Positions 1 to 9,416 of a stretch of DNA of 57,129 bases are shown here, piece after piece. Each line of letters opens with the position of its first letter. Within the stretch, counting starts at the first letter, position 1. The DNA comes from Spirochaetota bacterium (GTDB lineage Bacteria; Spirochaetota; B62-G9; DRHN01), in contig CP070841.1 of NCBI GenBank assembly GCA_020342115.1, positions 681,331 to 738,459 of the forward strand, given 5' to 3'. The position numbers were made by a program, and so were the translations under genes. Under the pieces are notes generated by a model. It was not told the DNA's origin and made no database searches. It saw only the letters and a list, made by a program, of their open reading frames with translations.

Positions 1-169
1 GACTCCTTTCTAATACATACCCGCCAAATCACTCTACAGCTTTTCGCTTGACAGAAAAATATTTATAAATAGCATGGATTAGTAATGAACTCGGAGTTTG
101 GTTCGATGAAGCATCAATTTAAGATGTTAACAACATCCCCTGTCATCTATACTTGTCAAGGAGAAAATC

Positions 170-367
170 ATGAAAAAGGGGAAATCGACACCTCTCAGTG
201 CTGAAAACAAAGCGATATCTTTTTTTGCAAGCACGAATGGAATTTTAATGGAGGAGATCGTGAAAAAATATAGAGATGAGGGCAAAAAACTCATCTATGA
301 TGCCTACAACAAGTCAATTAAAGATTCGGGTGAAACAGGAAAACCGGTAAAACTGCCCCTACTATAA
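170..367 (+). CDS. hypothetical small protein (65 aa)
   Basis: ATG ORF with AAGGAG (158-163) 6 nt upstream. Lys/Glu-rich with no recognisable motif. Convergent with the next gene. Confidence 0.4.
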   Translation: MKKGKSTPLSAENKAISFFASTNGILMEEIVKKYRDEGKKLIYDAYNKSIKDSGETGKPVKLPLL

Positions 368-412
368 AATGATATCCTCTTACACGAGGTGAAAAGGAGA
401 TGATAAACAGAG

Positions 413-1393
413 CTAGTTTTCATATCCTTCAATAAAACGCTCGATCTCTGCCTCTTTCCTCAGCCTTCCGATTAATAGTTCTACCTGCTCGAGAATTATT
501 TGCTCACCAAGAAACTGCTTTATACTCTCTTTCACTTCGCTGAAAGGAATTATCCTCTCAGGTTTTTTATCTACAAGCTTTACCAGATGATAGCCATATC
601 TCGTCTGTACAATACCGCTCACCTCACCAGGCTCAAGTGAAAACGCAGAATTCTCAAAGGGCTTTACCATCTGCCCACGCCCGAAATATCCGAGATCCCC
701 ACCTTTTTCGCTACTCGGGCACTGGGAATATTCTCTGGCTAAGGTTTCAAATTCCTCGCCTTTCTTCAGCTTTTTCTCTATCTGCTTTATCAACTTAACA
801 GCATCTTTCATTTTCGATTCATCTGTCATGTCATCGACCGCTATCAGAATATGACTCGCCCTAACTTGCTCAGGCTCATTAAAAACATCAGGATTGTTAT
901 TATAATAATCGAGCATAGCCTCTTCTGAAATCGTGACCTTTTTTGCAATTTCACCATCTACATAATCTTCGATTGTAATCATCCGGTCTATATCTTCATA
1001 CAATGACTCTACAGTGTATCCGCGCTCTTTTAATATAGCACTGAACTGTTCATCTGTTTCGAACTGCCCCTTTATCCTCTGAAATTGTACCTCGATTTTC
1101 AGGTCATTCGATTTATATCCTTTTCTCACCCCCTCCTGATAGAGCAGTTCATTGTTGATGATGTTTTCAAGCACCATACTGTTTACTTTTTTCATATCTT
1201 CTTCATTAAACGATTGCCCTGTGCGCTCTATGTTCATCTTTGTCTCAGCAAGCTTTCTCTCATATGTAACCCATGGTATTTCTTTTCCGTTCACAACCGC
1301 AACAGTTTTTTTCCCCATATCAGTTGCGTTGCATAATATGGCTGACACAAAAAGAAAGCACACAAAACTTAACACTGAAGTTGCTTTTTTCAT
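413..1393 (-). CDS. secreted parvulin-type peptidyl-prolyl isomerase (SurA/PrsA/PpiD-like)
   Basis: Signal peptide MKKATSVLSFVCFLFVSAILCNA. PpiC rotamase blocks RASHILI, GGDLGYFGRGQMVKPFE and YGYHLVKL. Confidence 0.85.
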   Translation of the reverse strand: MKKATSVLSFVCFLFVSAILCNATDMGKKTVAVVNGKEIPWVTYERKLAETKMNIERTGQSFNEEDMKKVNSMVLENIINNELLYQEGVRKGYKSNDLKIEVQFQRIKGQFETDEQFSAILKERGYTVESLYEDIDRMITIEDYVDGEIAKKVTISEEAMLDYYNNNPDVFNEPEQVRASHILIAVDDMTDESKMKDAVKLIKQIEKKLKKGEEFETLAREYSQCPSSEKGGDLGYFGRGQMVKPFENSAFSLEPGEVSGIVQTRYGYHLVKLVDKKPERIIPFSEVKESIKQFLGEQIILEQVELLIGRLRKEAEIERFIEGYEN

Positions 1394-1493
1394 ATCCTAC
1401 CTCATTATTGATTTTAAATTGGAATTACAAGATGTGGTACTAATTACATTGTTCGTACCAGGGTATGACCTGAGATGGATAGTCTCTGAAGAA

Positions 1494-1790
1494 TCATAAG
1501 TTCAGTCTAAATGTATCTCTCCTGAGTTCTCTATAATACACCTTCAAGGGCTCAGTAACGCTCTTGTAGTATATGCGATATTTCATGTTAAGACCAACAC
1601 CATCAAGATATCTCTTCAGCCATACAAATAATCTGTTTATAAGATTAAAATACCCGTAAATCCACTTTCGGATCGCTATGTCTTTCCATATATACTGCGC
1701 ACGATCTCTTAGAAAAATGAACATGTGTATAGCGCTATCGATCGAATCTGCTACAGCAATTACCATCGTAAGTATATATTTTCTAACCAT
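1494..1790 (-). CDS. hypothetical protein (98 aa)
   Basis: ORF co-directional with and downstream of the radical SAM gene. Basic and aromatic-rich, no motif recognised. Coding status uncertain. Confidence 0.3.
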   Translation of the reverse strand: MVRKYILTMVIAVADSIDSAIHMFIFLRDRAQYIWKDIAIRKWIYGYFNLINRLFVWLKRYLDGVGLNMKYRIYYKSVTEPLKVYYRELRRDTFRLNL

Positions 1791-1855
1791 ACATAAACCT
1801 CTGTAGACAGAATAGAATCTTACTTAAAAATACTTGAAAGTTCAGTAAGAGTCCT

Positions 1856-3250
1856 TTAAAGGGCTTTTGCTGTGCTTTTGGGTATAAAATCAGTAATTCT
1901 AAACGTTGAGATTGAAAATGCCTTTCTGTTCAACTTTGTTATATCAGTCAATGGAAACAGTCGAGATGCAAGCTCTGGAAATCTGGTATAATCATTTTCA
2001 TATATTTTTCTATGCCCTATGTTCATTGCCAGATGGTATAGAGGATGATCAAAATTGAAGGGCAGCCTTTTCACTATTGACGATAGTCTTGTAAACTCCT
2101 GCAGGGTCCAGAGCCTTCCGGCCTGCAACTCAAAGGGTGTCATATTCTTAGGAGCAAACACAACTGTTTTATGATCGTAAAACCTCCAGTCATTAGTAAT
2201 TAATCTTCCCTCTTGTAGAAGCCTCTGATAAATCCTCGTTCCTGGATACGGAGTCAGAATATTCAGTGAAGCAGAGCTTATTTTATTTCTCTCTAAAAAG
2301 ACAAGGGTCTCAGGGAATGTTTCTTTTGTATCACTATCAAAACCAAATATCATCGAAGCATGGAAAAATATACCTGAACTTCTTACTGTTTTAATGGCTT
2401 GTTCGAGCTTTTCAACATCATGCATAGATTTACGCATGCCTTTTAGCTGTGTCTGAGATACGCTCTCGATGCCGAAAAACAATGCAGAGCACCCGCTCTC
2501 TCTTGCCATTTTCAGGAGACCTTTGTTTTTCACAATAGAAATCGATGCCTGTCCTCCCCATCTTATTCCGAGTGGAGTGATCGCTCTGAAGAGCTTTTGT
2601 GCATACACAGGATCACCTATTATATTATCATCCAAAAAGAGAATGAATCTTCCACCGGAGTCAACTATATCACGAACTACATTCTCCACAGGAACATGTC
2701 TTATTTTAGAGCCATAGATATTGTGCACACAGCAGAATTCGCAATGATAGGGACATCCCCTTGTTGTCATTACCGGAATAACATCAAATGCACGCTTCTT
2801 GGTCGTTTTTCTTAATCTCAGTGGAATATATCGATCAAGATTCGGGCATGGCTCATGGTATCTTCTTTTTAATTTTCCACACTTAAAATCATCCAGGAGT
2901 TTCTCCCATACACCTTCCACCTCACCAATAACAACAGAATCGGCGTACCCTAATGCTTCATCCGGCATTATTGTCGGATGAACGCCTCCAATCACGACCT
3001 TTCTTCCGCGTTTTTTAAACTCATCGGCAAGCATATATGCTCGTGGGGCATTCGCAGTCATGCAGCTTATACCAACAAGATCGCACTCCTCATCAAGATC
3101 TATATCTTCAATCTCTTCCTCAATTATCCTCACATCATGTTCAGAAGGCGTAAGACCCGCAATCATATGCAGTGCAAGCTGCGGTATCATGAGGAACCGT
3201 GGCCTCTTTATATCAATGTCTATGCATGGAGATATCAGTAGTATCTTCAT
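1856..3250 (-). CDS. B12-binding-domain radical SAM protein
   Basis: N-terminal cobalamin-binding-like region (LVGISCMTANAPRAY...VVIGGVHPT). CxxxCxxC radical SAM motif TTRGCPYHCEFCC. Confidence 0.85.
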   Translation of the reverse strand: MKILLISPCIDIDIKRPRFLMIPQLALHMIAGLTPSEHDVRIIEEEIEDIDLDEECDLVGISCMTANAPRAYMLADEFKKRGRKVVIGGVHPTIMPDEALGYADSVVIGEVEGVWEKLLDDFKCGKLKRRYHEPCPNLDRYIPLRLRKTTKKRAFDVIPVMTTRGCPYHCEFCCVHNIYGSKIRHVPVENVVRDIVDSGGRFILFLDDNIIGDPVYAQKLFRAITPLGIRWGGQASISIVKNKGLLKMARESGCSALFFGIESVSQTQLKGMRKSMHDVEKLEQAIKTVRSSGIFFHASMIFGFDSDTKETFPETLVFLERNKISSASLNILTPYPGTRIYQRLLQEGRLITNDWRFYDHKTVVFAPKNMTPFELQAGRLWTLQEFTRLSSIVKRLPFNFDHPLYHLAMNIGHRKIYENDYTRFPELASRLFPLTDITKLNRKAFSISTFRITDFIPKSTAKAL

Positions 3251-3307
3251 TTACACTTTCCTATGTGTATGATATTAGTAGTGCCTGATTATAGTAATGC
3301 ATGCTTT

Positions 3308-3363
3308 TAATAGTGCCGTCTTAATAGTGCCGTCTTAATAGTGCCGTCTTAATAGTGCCGTCT
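3308..3363. repeat. 14-bp tandem repeat x4 (TAATAGTGCCGTCT) overlapping the stop codon of the RRM gene
   Basis: Four perfect units at 3308-3321, 3322-3335, 3336-3349 and 3350-3363. On the minus strand each unit reads AGACGGCACTATTA (R R H Y stop). Confidence 0.95.
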
Positions 3364-3606
3364 TCTTTTATCTTTCTGCGGACGGGCCTCATTCACTTTT
3401 AATCTGCGTCCAAGGAACTCTTCTCCGTTCAGCTCCTCCTTTGCTTTTTCAGCTTCTGCTTGTTTCGACATCTCAACAAAACCGAAACCTCTGTCCTCAA
3501 AGAGCTTAACGTATCGAACCTCACCATACTTTGTAAAAAGCTCCTGCAGCTGTTCATAGGTAACAGAATAATCCAGGTTGCCTACATACAATTTAGTTCC
3601 CTGCAC
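3349..3606 (-). CDS. RRM-type RNA-binding protein
   Basis: RNP2 LYVGNL and RNP1 RGFGFVEM. GTG start with GGAGGG 4 nt upstream. 85 aa. Confidence 0.9.
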   Translation of the reverse strand: MQGTKLYVGNLDYSVTYEQLQELFTKYGEVRYVKLFEDRGFGFVEMSKQAEAEKAKEELNGEEFLGRRLKVNEARPQKDKRRRHY

Positions 3607-3623
3607 AATACCCTCCAGTGAAT

Positions 3624-4058
3624 TTATTTCTCCATAATCTCTAATAGATGGATATCAAAGGTGAGATCCTTACCCGCCAGAGGATGGTTTGCATCAAGAA
3701 TCACGTTTGATTCAGAAACTTCGGTGACTGTTACTATAAATTTTTCCCCATCTGGCTGGTTTATTTGTAATCTCTGCCCTATCTCTGGCTCGATGTTGTC
3801 AACAAACTTATCTTTACCCACCTCAATTACCAGTTGCTTGAGATATGGGCCATATGCTCTGAGCGCAGAGATTTTTACAGTCTTTTTTTCCCCGGGATTC
3901 ATTCCTACCAAGGCCTGCTCAAAACCTGGAATAACCTTACCGTCACCAAGTAAAAAGGTGAGAGGGCCCTTGTCATCAGTATTATCAAATACATCACCAT
4001 TATCCAGCTTTCCAGTGTAGTGAACTTTCACTGTATCCCCGAACTTCACCCCTGGCAT
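3624..4058 (-). CDS. slyD: FKBP-type peptidyl-prolyl isomerase, SlyD-like with IF insert and no His-rich tail
   Basis: VKVHYTGKLDNGDVFD, VIPGFEQALVGM and C-terminal DANHPLAGKDLTFDIHLLEI, collinear with SlyD as I remember it. Confidence 0.8.
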   Translation of the reverse strand: MPGVKFGDTVKVHYTGKLDNGDVFDNTDDKGPLTFLLGDGKVIPGFEQALVGMNPGEKKTVKISALRAYGPYLKQLVIEVGKDKFVDNIEPEIGQRLQINQPDGEKFIVTVTEVSESNVILDANHPLAGKDLTFDIHLLEIMEK

Positions 4059-4461
4059 ATATTCCCCTCATGTGTCTTTTAGTCACAGTGTGACAATAAT
4101 CCGAAAACAGTCCCTGTTCTAGGCAGAAAGTCTATCTGTAATAGGCATTATTTGGTAAGCGGAATTATGAATTGATATGCAAGAAATGAGAAAACAAATA
4201 TCGTATCTTCGTTATATGAGTTGTCTCCTTTTAAGGACGAGCTGCTATATTCATTCAAATAAAACCTATTGAAATATAGTGTAACATCATCTAATATTAT
4301 TGACAATAGGAATGTGCGAGATATTTTTTTTACATAAAATGCCAGTCTTATTTATATATTTCACCATAATATTAATTGTTGATTATAAGCTACCGTACGC
4401 TCAATATAAAAAATGAGGGTGCGACTTCAATATAAACATAACGTTGCTATCTCCAATCTGT

Positions 4462-5880
4462 TTACTCTATATCCAAGATTTTTCCAGGATTCATTATGTT
4501 GTTTGGATCAAATGCCCTCTTTATCTTTCGCATGAGCTCTATCACCACCGGGTCTTCAACATCTTTAAAATAATCCCTCCTCTTTGATCCTATACCATGC
4601 TCTCCACTGATGGTTCCGCCCAATTTCCCTACAACACTGTATAGCTCTCGTAATGCTTTCTCTTCTATCTTGTACCACTCCGCAAGTGTTGTGTCAGGAT
4701 TTTTGACGAGTGTTGCATGCAGGTTGCCGTCGCCTGCATGACCGTAGCAAGGAATCTTGATATCATATTCTTTCTCAAGCCTCTCAATCTCTGGCATGAG
4801 CTTGGGGATAACTCCGGTAGGAACGACGATGTCCTCTATACTCATATGAGGACTATAGGCGATAAAAGCTTCCGGAATCCCCCTTCGTATGGACCAAACC
4901 CGTTCCTGAGTTGTGTGGTTGTCTGCTACATATACCTCAATGGCGCCATTGCTGAGACAGAGCTCCCCGATGGTTTCATACTCGATCTCAAGCTGATCCT
5001 CACTCATACCGTCTATCCCTATGAGAAGCATCGCCTTGGCCTCTCTGTAGGATAAGTGCTCGTTCAAATACTCGCATGATGTTTTAAAAGAGAGCTCATC
5101 CATAAACTCTATAGATGTGGGAATGATCCTTACGTCTGTCATGATCTCAGGAACCATGTTTATAGCAGACTTCACATCCCTGAATAGCACAAGCAGATCA
5201 ACGCTTGCACCTGGCAGAGGTAGAAGTTTGATGATCACCTTTGTGATTATTCCAAGTGTTCCTTCAGAACCTATCATGAGCTGCTTCAGATCGTAGCCGC
5301 TCACATCTTTTACTCTTTTCCCTCCAAGCTCGATTATCTCCCCTGTTGGTGTAACAACTTCGAGCCCCATAATATAGCGGCCTGTTACACCGTATTTTAT
5401 CGCCTTGCCGCCACCAGCGTTCTCTGCAACATTTCCTCCTATGAAACAGGTCTCGATGCTCATAGGATACCCGGCAAAGAAGAGTCCTTCATCTCTAATC
5501 TTATCGTTAACATCATTTGTAACCACTCCAGGTTCGAGTACCATCATCAAGTTGTCTCGGTCGATCTCCAGAACCCTGTTCATCCTCTCCATTGACATCA
5601 CGATACCGCCGAATTGCGGGATTGCCCCTCCTGAGAGACCGGAGCCTGCTCCTCTCGGTGTAATGGGAATGAGTTTTTTATTGGCCAGCTTAACGACCTG
5701 AGAAACCTCCTTTGCGTCAGCGGGCTTTACCACAACTTCCGGCATCCGGGCGTACTGCTCTTTTGGTGTCTCATCGTGTGAGTACTCCTCGAGCTTCTCC
5801 TGATCAGTGATCACCCACCTTTCACCTACTATCCTCGCAAGTTCTGTCACTGTTTTTTTGTCAACCGGATTGTACTTCAT
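4462..5880 (-). CDS. FAD-linked oxidase, GlcD / D-lactate dehydrogenase (LctD)-like
   Basis: 472 aa. FAD-binding PCMH-type N-terminus (PRGAGSGLSGGAIP), C-terminal GEHGIG and NPGK blocks. Lies directly downstream of etfBA. Confidence 0.85.
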   Translation of the reverse strand: MKYNPVDKKTVTELARIVGERWVITDQEKLEEYSHDETPKEQYARMPEVVVKPADAKEVSQVVKLANKKLIPITPRGAGSGLSGGAIPQFGGIVMSMERMNRVLEIDRDNLMMVLEPGVVTNDVNDKIRDEGLFFAGYPMSIETCFIGGNVAENAGGGKAIKYGVTGRYIMGLEVVTPTGEIIELGGKRVKDVSGYDLKQLMIGSEGTLGIITKVIIKLLPLPGASVDLLVLFRDVKSAINMVPEIMTDVRIIPTSIEFMDELSFKTSCEYLNEHLSYREAKAMLLIGIDGMSEDQLEIEYETIGELCLSNGAIEVYVADNHTTQERVWSIRRGIPEAFIAYSPHMSIEDIVVPTGVIPKLMPEIERLEKEYDIKIPCYGHAGDGNLHATLVKNPDTTLAEWYKIEEKALRELYSVVGKLGGTISGEHGIGSKRRDYFKDVEDPVVIELMRKIKRAFDPNNIMNPGKILDIE

Positions 5881-6135
5881 TTAGATGTTGTTAACCTCTT
5901 CTAAAAATTATTGCCTTTCACATCTAAATGCGAAGGCCTCTCTTTTGACTATCAACTATCTGCATTTAGATGGCGTTAACCCCTTCTAAAAATTATTGCC
6001 TTTCACATCTAAATGCGAAGGACTCTCTTTTGACTATCAACTATCTGCATTTAGATGGCGTTAACCTCTTCTAAAAATTATTGCCTTTCACATCTAAATG
6101 CGAAGGACTCTCTTGTGAACATCAACTAACTACAT
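5881..6135. repeat. 85-bp tandem repeat x3 filling the etfA / FAD-oxidase spacer
   Basis: Units at 5881-5965, 5966-6050 and 6051-6135, each differing at only a few positions. Each carries the 11-nt inverted pair CATCTAAATGC / GCATTTAGATG. Confidence 0.95.
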
Positions 6136-7125
6136 TGCCTCTTTCAGTGCCTCATATATGAGGGGAATGATCTCGAAAAGATCACCGACAACACCGAAAT
6201 CCGCAACTTTGAATATCGGGGCATCAGGATCGTTATTGATCGCTATAATATGCTCTGATGTCTTCATTCCTGCCAGGTGCTGGATCGAACCGGATATACC
6301 TACAGCAATATACAGCTTCGGAGTTACTGTTTTTCCGCTCAATCCCACCTGGTGGGGATATGATATCCATCCCCTGTCAACCGCATTTCTCGATCCTCCG
6401 ACAGCCCCGCCTAAGGTTTTGGCAAGCTCCTGGATTATTTTGAAGTTATCACCTTTCTTGAGACCTGCCCCGCCTGAAACAACTATATCTGCATCCTGGA
6501 TCTCAGCTCCGCCGGTATCCAGTTTCCTGTGACCCACCCTTTCTACTCTACTGTCTATAATTTCGTTGCCGAAACGTTCTCTTATGATAACCCCCTGTCT
6601 TTTCTCATCTCTCTGGGCAGGTCGAATCGTTTTTGGCCTTACAGTTGCCATCTGGGGCCGTTTCTCCGGAGTCTTGATCCTTGCCATAATATTGCCCCCA
6701 ATTGCAGGCCTTACCTGCAACAGGTTTCCGCTTCCCTCTTCTATGTCAAGAGATGTGCAGTCAGCGGTGAGACCCGCATTGACCTTCACAGCGACATGCG
6801 GTAATAGCGTCCTGCCCATGGTTGTTGCGCCTGCCACAACGATTTCAGGTTTATGTTTAAGTATCAGCGCGGTGAGCACGGCGCTGTAGTTCTCGACTAT
6901 GAAGCTTTCGAGATTCTTGTCATCGACCACATAAATTTTGTCGGCTCCTCTGTAGATGAGCTCTCTGGCAGTTTCATCTTCTAATCCTCTGCCAATGAGC
7001 ACCGAGGAGAGCTCAGTGTTCAGTTTATCCGCAAGAGGTCTCGCCCTTGTGAGAAGCTCAAAGGATATCGTCTTGATCCTGTCTTCTCCCCACTCTGATA
7101 TTGTCCACACACCCTTAGAGCTCAT
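6130..7125 (-). CDS. etfA: electron transfer flavoprotein alpha subunit
   Basis: C-terminal FAD block PKLYIAVGISGSIQHLAGM. ATGA overlap with the etfB stop. Confidence 0.9.
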   Translation of the reverse strand: MSSKGVWTISEWGEDRIKTISFELLTRARPLADKLNTELSSVLIGRGLEDETARELIYRGADKIYVVDDKNLESFIVENYSAVLTALILKHKPEIVVAGATTMGRTLLPHVAVKVNAGLTADCTSLDIEEGSGNLLQVRPAIGGNIMARIKTPEKRPQMATVRPKTIRPAQRDEKRQGVIIRERFGNEIIDSRVERVGHRKLDTGGAEIQDADIVVSGGAGLKKGDNFKIIQELAKTLGGAVGGSRNAVDRGWISYPHQVGLSGKTVTPKLYIAVGISGSIQHLAGMKTSEHIIAINNDPDAPIFKVADFGVVGDLFEIIPLIYEALKEAM

Positions 7126-7922
7126 TGAAGAAGGTTTTTCTCCTTTATGAATTTCACTATTTCTTTTGCAGCATTCTGCGCACTCTGCTCATCATGTGCC
7201 TTGAGCATCATCCCATCCCTCAAAACCTTTGGGGTGAATATTTTATCCACCCTGGTTGGAGAGCCTTTCAGACCGAGCTCTCCTTCCTGAATTTCCAGTA
7301 TACCTCTCGACCACACAGGAATCTCTGCCTCTTTTGCTTTCTTTTTTCCCCCAAGAGTCGGAAGACGCGGAAAGTTGATTTCTTTTACCACTGTTAATAG
7401 TGCAGGAAGCTCCACTCGCAAGGTCTCATAACCATCTTCCAGCAATCGTTCAACGGTTGCCTTCCCATCTGTAATTTCTATTATACTGCTCACATAAGCA
7501 GCAAGGGGTATATCGAGGAAGGAGGAGATTTCCGGCCCTACCTGCCCCGTATCTCCATCTGTTGCCCTTTCTCCTGCAAGGATGATGTCATATGCTCCCA
7601 GCTTTCCAATTGCTGATGAGAGTGTATAGGCCGTGGCCCAGGTATCCGAACCAGCAAACTCTTTCCCTGTAATAAGGATGGCCTCGTCACATCCCATGGC
7701 TATCGCTTCCCTCAGGGCTTTTTCTGCAGAAGGCGGACCCATGGTGAGAACCGTTGCGCTTCCCCCATGCTCCTCCTTGAGCTGCACCCCTGCTTCAATA
7801 GCGTAAAGATCGAGAGGGTTTATTATGCTCTCAACTCCTTCGCGCACCATGGTTCCTGTACTCTCATCCATCCTTACATTGCTGGTTTCAGGGACCTGCT
7901 TTATTGGAATGATTATTCTCAT
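7122..7922 (-). CDS. etfB: electron transfer flavoprotein beta subunit
   Basis: MRIIIPIKQVPE N-terminus. Contains ATDGDTGQVGP, the motif type reported for bifurcating (group 2) Etfs. Confidence 0.9.
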   Translation of the reverse strand: MRIIIPIKQVPETSNVRMDESTGTMVREGVESIINPLDLYAIEAGVQLKEEHGGSATVLTMGPPSAEKALREAIAMGCDEAILITGKEFAGSDTWATAYTLSSAIGKLGAYDIILAGERATDGDTGQVGPEISSFLDIPLAAYVSSIIEITDGKATVERLLEDGYETLRVELPALLTVVKEINFPRLPTLGGKKKAKEAEIPVWSRGILEIQEGELGLKGSPTRVDKIFTPKVLRDGMMLKAHDEQSAQNAAKEIVKFIKEKNLLQ

Positions 7923-7953
7923 ACCTGTGTAAGTTGTAACATTTCCTTTCTGT

Positions 7954-7989
7954 TTATTCAGGACTGAATTTATTCAGTAGTGAATATTC
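7954..7989. promoter_or_regulatory. array of four alternating ATTCAG/CTGAAT half-sites upstream of etfB (candidate operator)
   Basis: TTATTCAGGACTGAATTTATTCAGTAGTGAATATTC, 32-67 nt upstream of the etfB ATG. Three overlapping palindromes. Confidence 0.3.
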
Positions 7990-8284
7990 TAATCAGTGAT
8001 AGACATAATATTATACAATTGTAGTTTTGGCAAGAATTGAGACAGGGACGGATTATAAATTTATGACTTTATTAATAAGACAATTACAGGATATGAATTT
8101 GTAACTTTATCAATATTAAAGAATTATAAGAGATGTGAAATGGTTATGGGATTTGTAAGAATACTATTGTCATGAATTCATCCCCCGTCCCCAATGTTAC
8201 TGTGAAAATAACACTCAGCCCCAAAAAATAATTACTGGTCGCAATTCCATCCCCTGCCTCATAAAATATAATATCAATTGTAAG

Positions 8285-9406
8285 CTAAGTATTAATCTCA
8301 GGGAGCCAGAGGACCTTTATTCTTCCATTTGAGGAAATCCTTTTGAGGTGCTCTGAACATAGCAGGGAATCAGTTACTAAGATCTCTACACCGAGCTCTT
8401 CCGCCTGAGAGAGAAGTTTCAATCCAAGCCTTTCGGCCAGCTCAGGATAGGTGAGCCAGAGGCCATCGTCAGCTCCGCACGACCTGCTGAGTGATCTTGT
8501 CCACACGGTAAATACCCGCTCCATTCCCAATGCATCAATAATCCTCCGTGGAGCTTCATAAACTTCTCCCTTTCCCATTGTTTCTTCAGGGCCTCTGTAT
8601 CCAGGCTGAATTGCAGCATCCTGCGCAGGCTCATCCGCAAGATGGCAACAACAGCGTGAATCGTGATAAAGAACTTTCTTCTCTCTAAAAATATCAGCAT
8701 TGCCCTCAATAGCTCCCATGCCTTCCTGTTCGAAAATCTCTGTTATGGATGTAAGCTTAATGTTACTAGGAAACTCGACTCCAAGAAGAGGATACACATA
8801 TCTCACTGCCCAGAGTGTCACAGGACCATCTGCCACAACTTCTCTGGCACCCGAAAGCTGTATCTGTTCAACAACACTTTTTGCCTGCTGTGCTGCCTCA
8901 TCTATCGCACCGAGTGAGTAAAAGATCGCACCGCTTGAAATCATCAGCACTTTTGCTTTCTCAAGCAAAGCGAGTGCAGGTTTGAGCAGCGCTTCATTTC
9001 CAAGCTCATAAGCTTCTGAGGCCAGGAGTATCCTCTTTGCATCTTTGGTCTCTGTATCGCTGATACTTAACATAGTCTGCTCAAGCACATTTCGTACCGG
9101 ATCGGGTGCCAAGCCTTTCTTATACACAAGGGCCCTTGCTGCAGCCATGTAGCTGCTTACAGGGTAGTGGCTCACGCACCACGCTTCACTGATACTATCA
9201 AGAGTCGATTGGTATAAAAGCTCTGCATCGCGTTTGGTAAAATCTGCTACACCACTTACAACCCTCCAGAGCATCATAGCTCGAGCCCTGGTGGTGTGGC
9301 TTTCGAGACAGGTCACATTTGCAACTTCTGCAGCAGGTTTGCACATCGGACAAAACCTGCATCCCAACAGCCATTCCTCATAGTTTTTCAGATCCTTTAT
9401 TGCCAT
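8285..9406 (-). CDS. Fe-S oxidoreductase with cysteine-rich (CCG-like) C-terminal half, GlcF/LutA/HdrD-related
   Basis: N-terminal CRFCPMCKP partial ferredoxin motif, and later Cys clusters SRCCCHL, SCGADDG and LLCSEH. Starts 10 nt after the upstream GlcD-like gene. Confidence 0.6.
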   Translation of the reverse strand: MAIKDLKNYEEWLLGCRFCPMCKPAAEVANVTCLESHTTRARAMMLWRVVSGVADFTKRDAELLYQSTLDSISEAWCVSHYPVSSYMAAARALVYKKGLAPDPVRNVLEQTMLSISDTETKDAKRILLASEAYELGNEALLKPALALLEKAKVLMISSGAIFYSLGAIDEAAQQAKSVVEQIQLSGAREVVADGPVTLWAVRYVYPLLGVEFPSNIKLTSITEIFEQEGMGAIEGNADIFREKKVLYHDSRCCCHLADEPAQDAAIQPGYRGPEETMGKGEVYEAPRRIIDALGMERVFTVWTRSLSRSCGADDGLWLTYPELAERLGLKLLSQAEELGVEILVTDSLLCSEHLKRISSNGRIKVLWLPEINT

Positions 9407-9416
9407 CCTCCCCCCT

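Noticed and set aside
4300-4328. Plus-strand TTGACA promoter-like hexamer in the slyD / oxidase spacer.
   Set aside because: There is no convincing -10 element at proper spacing and no plus-strand gene or structured RNA downstream.
5881-6135. The possibility that the 85-bp repeats, or the 14-bp repeats at 3308-3363, form a CRISPR array.
   Set aside because: The units are contiguous with no unique spacers. The unit lengths are wrong, and no cas genes or leader are present.
8045-8192. Imperfect inverted repeat (GGGACGGATTATAAATTTATGAC ... GTCATGAATTCATCCCCCGTCCC) that suggests a MITE.
   Set aside because: Only about 17 of 23 positions match. There is no target-site duplication and no other copy in the window, so this is too weak to call.
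8419-8709. 96-aa same-strand alternative-frame ORF nested in the Fe-S oxidoreductase gene.
   Set aside because: It is fully contained in a longer ORF with recognisable Cys motifs, and it has no independent RBS or motif.
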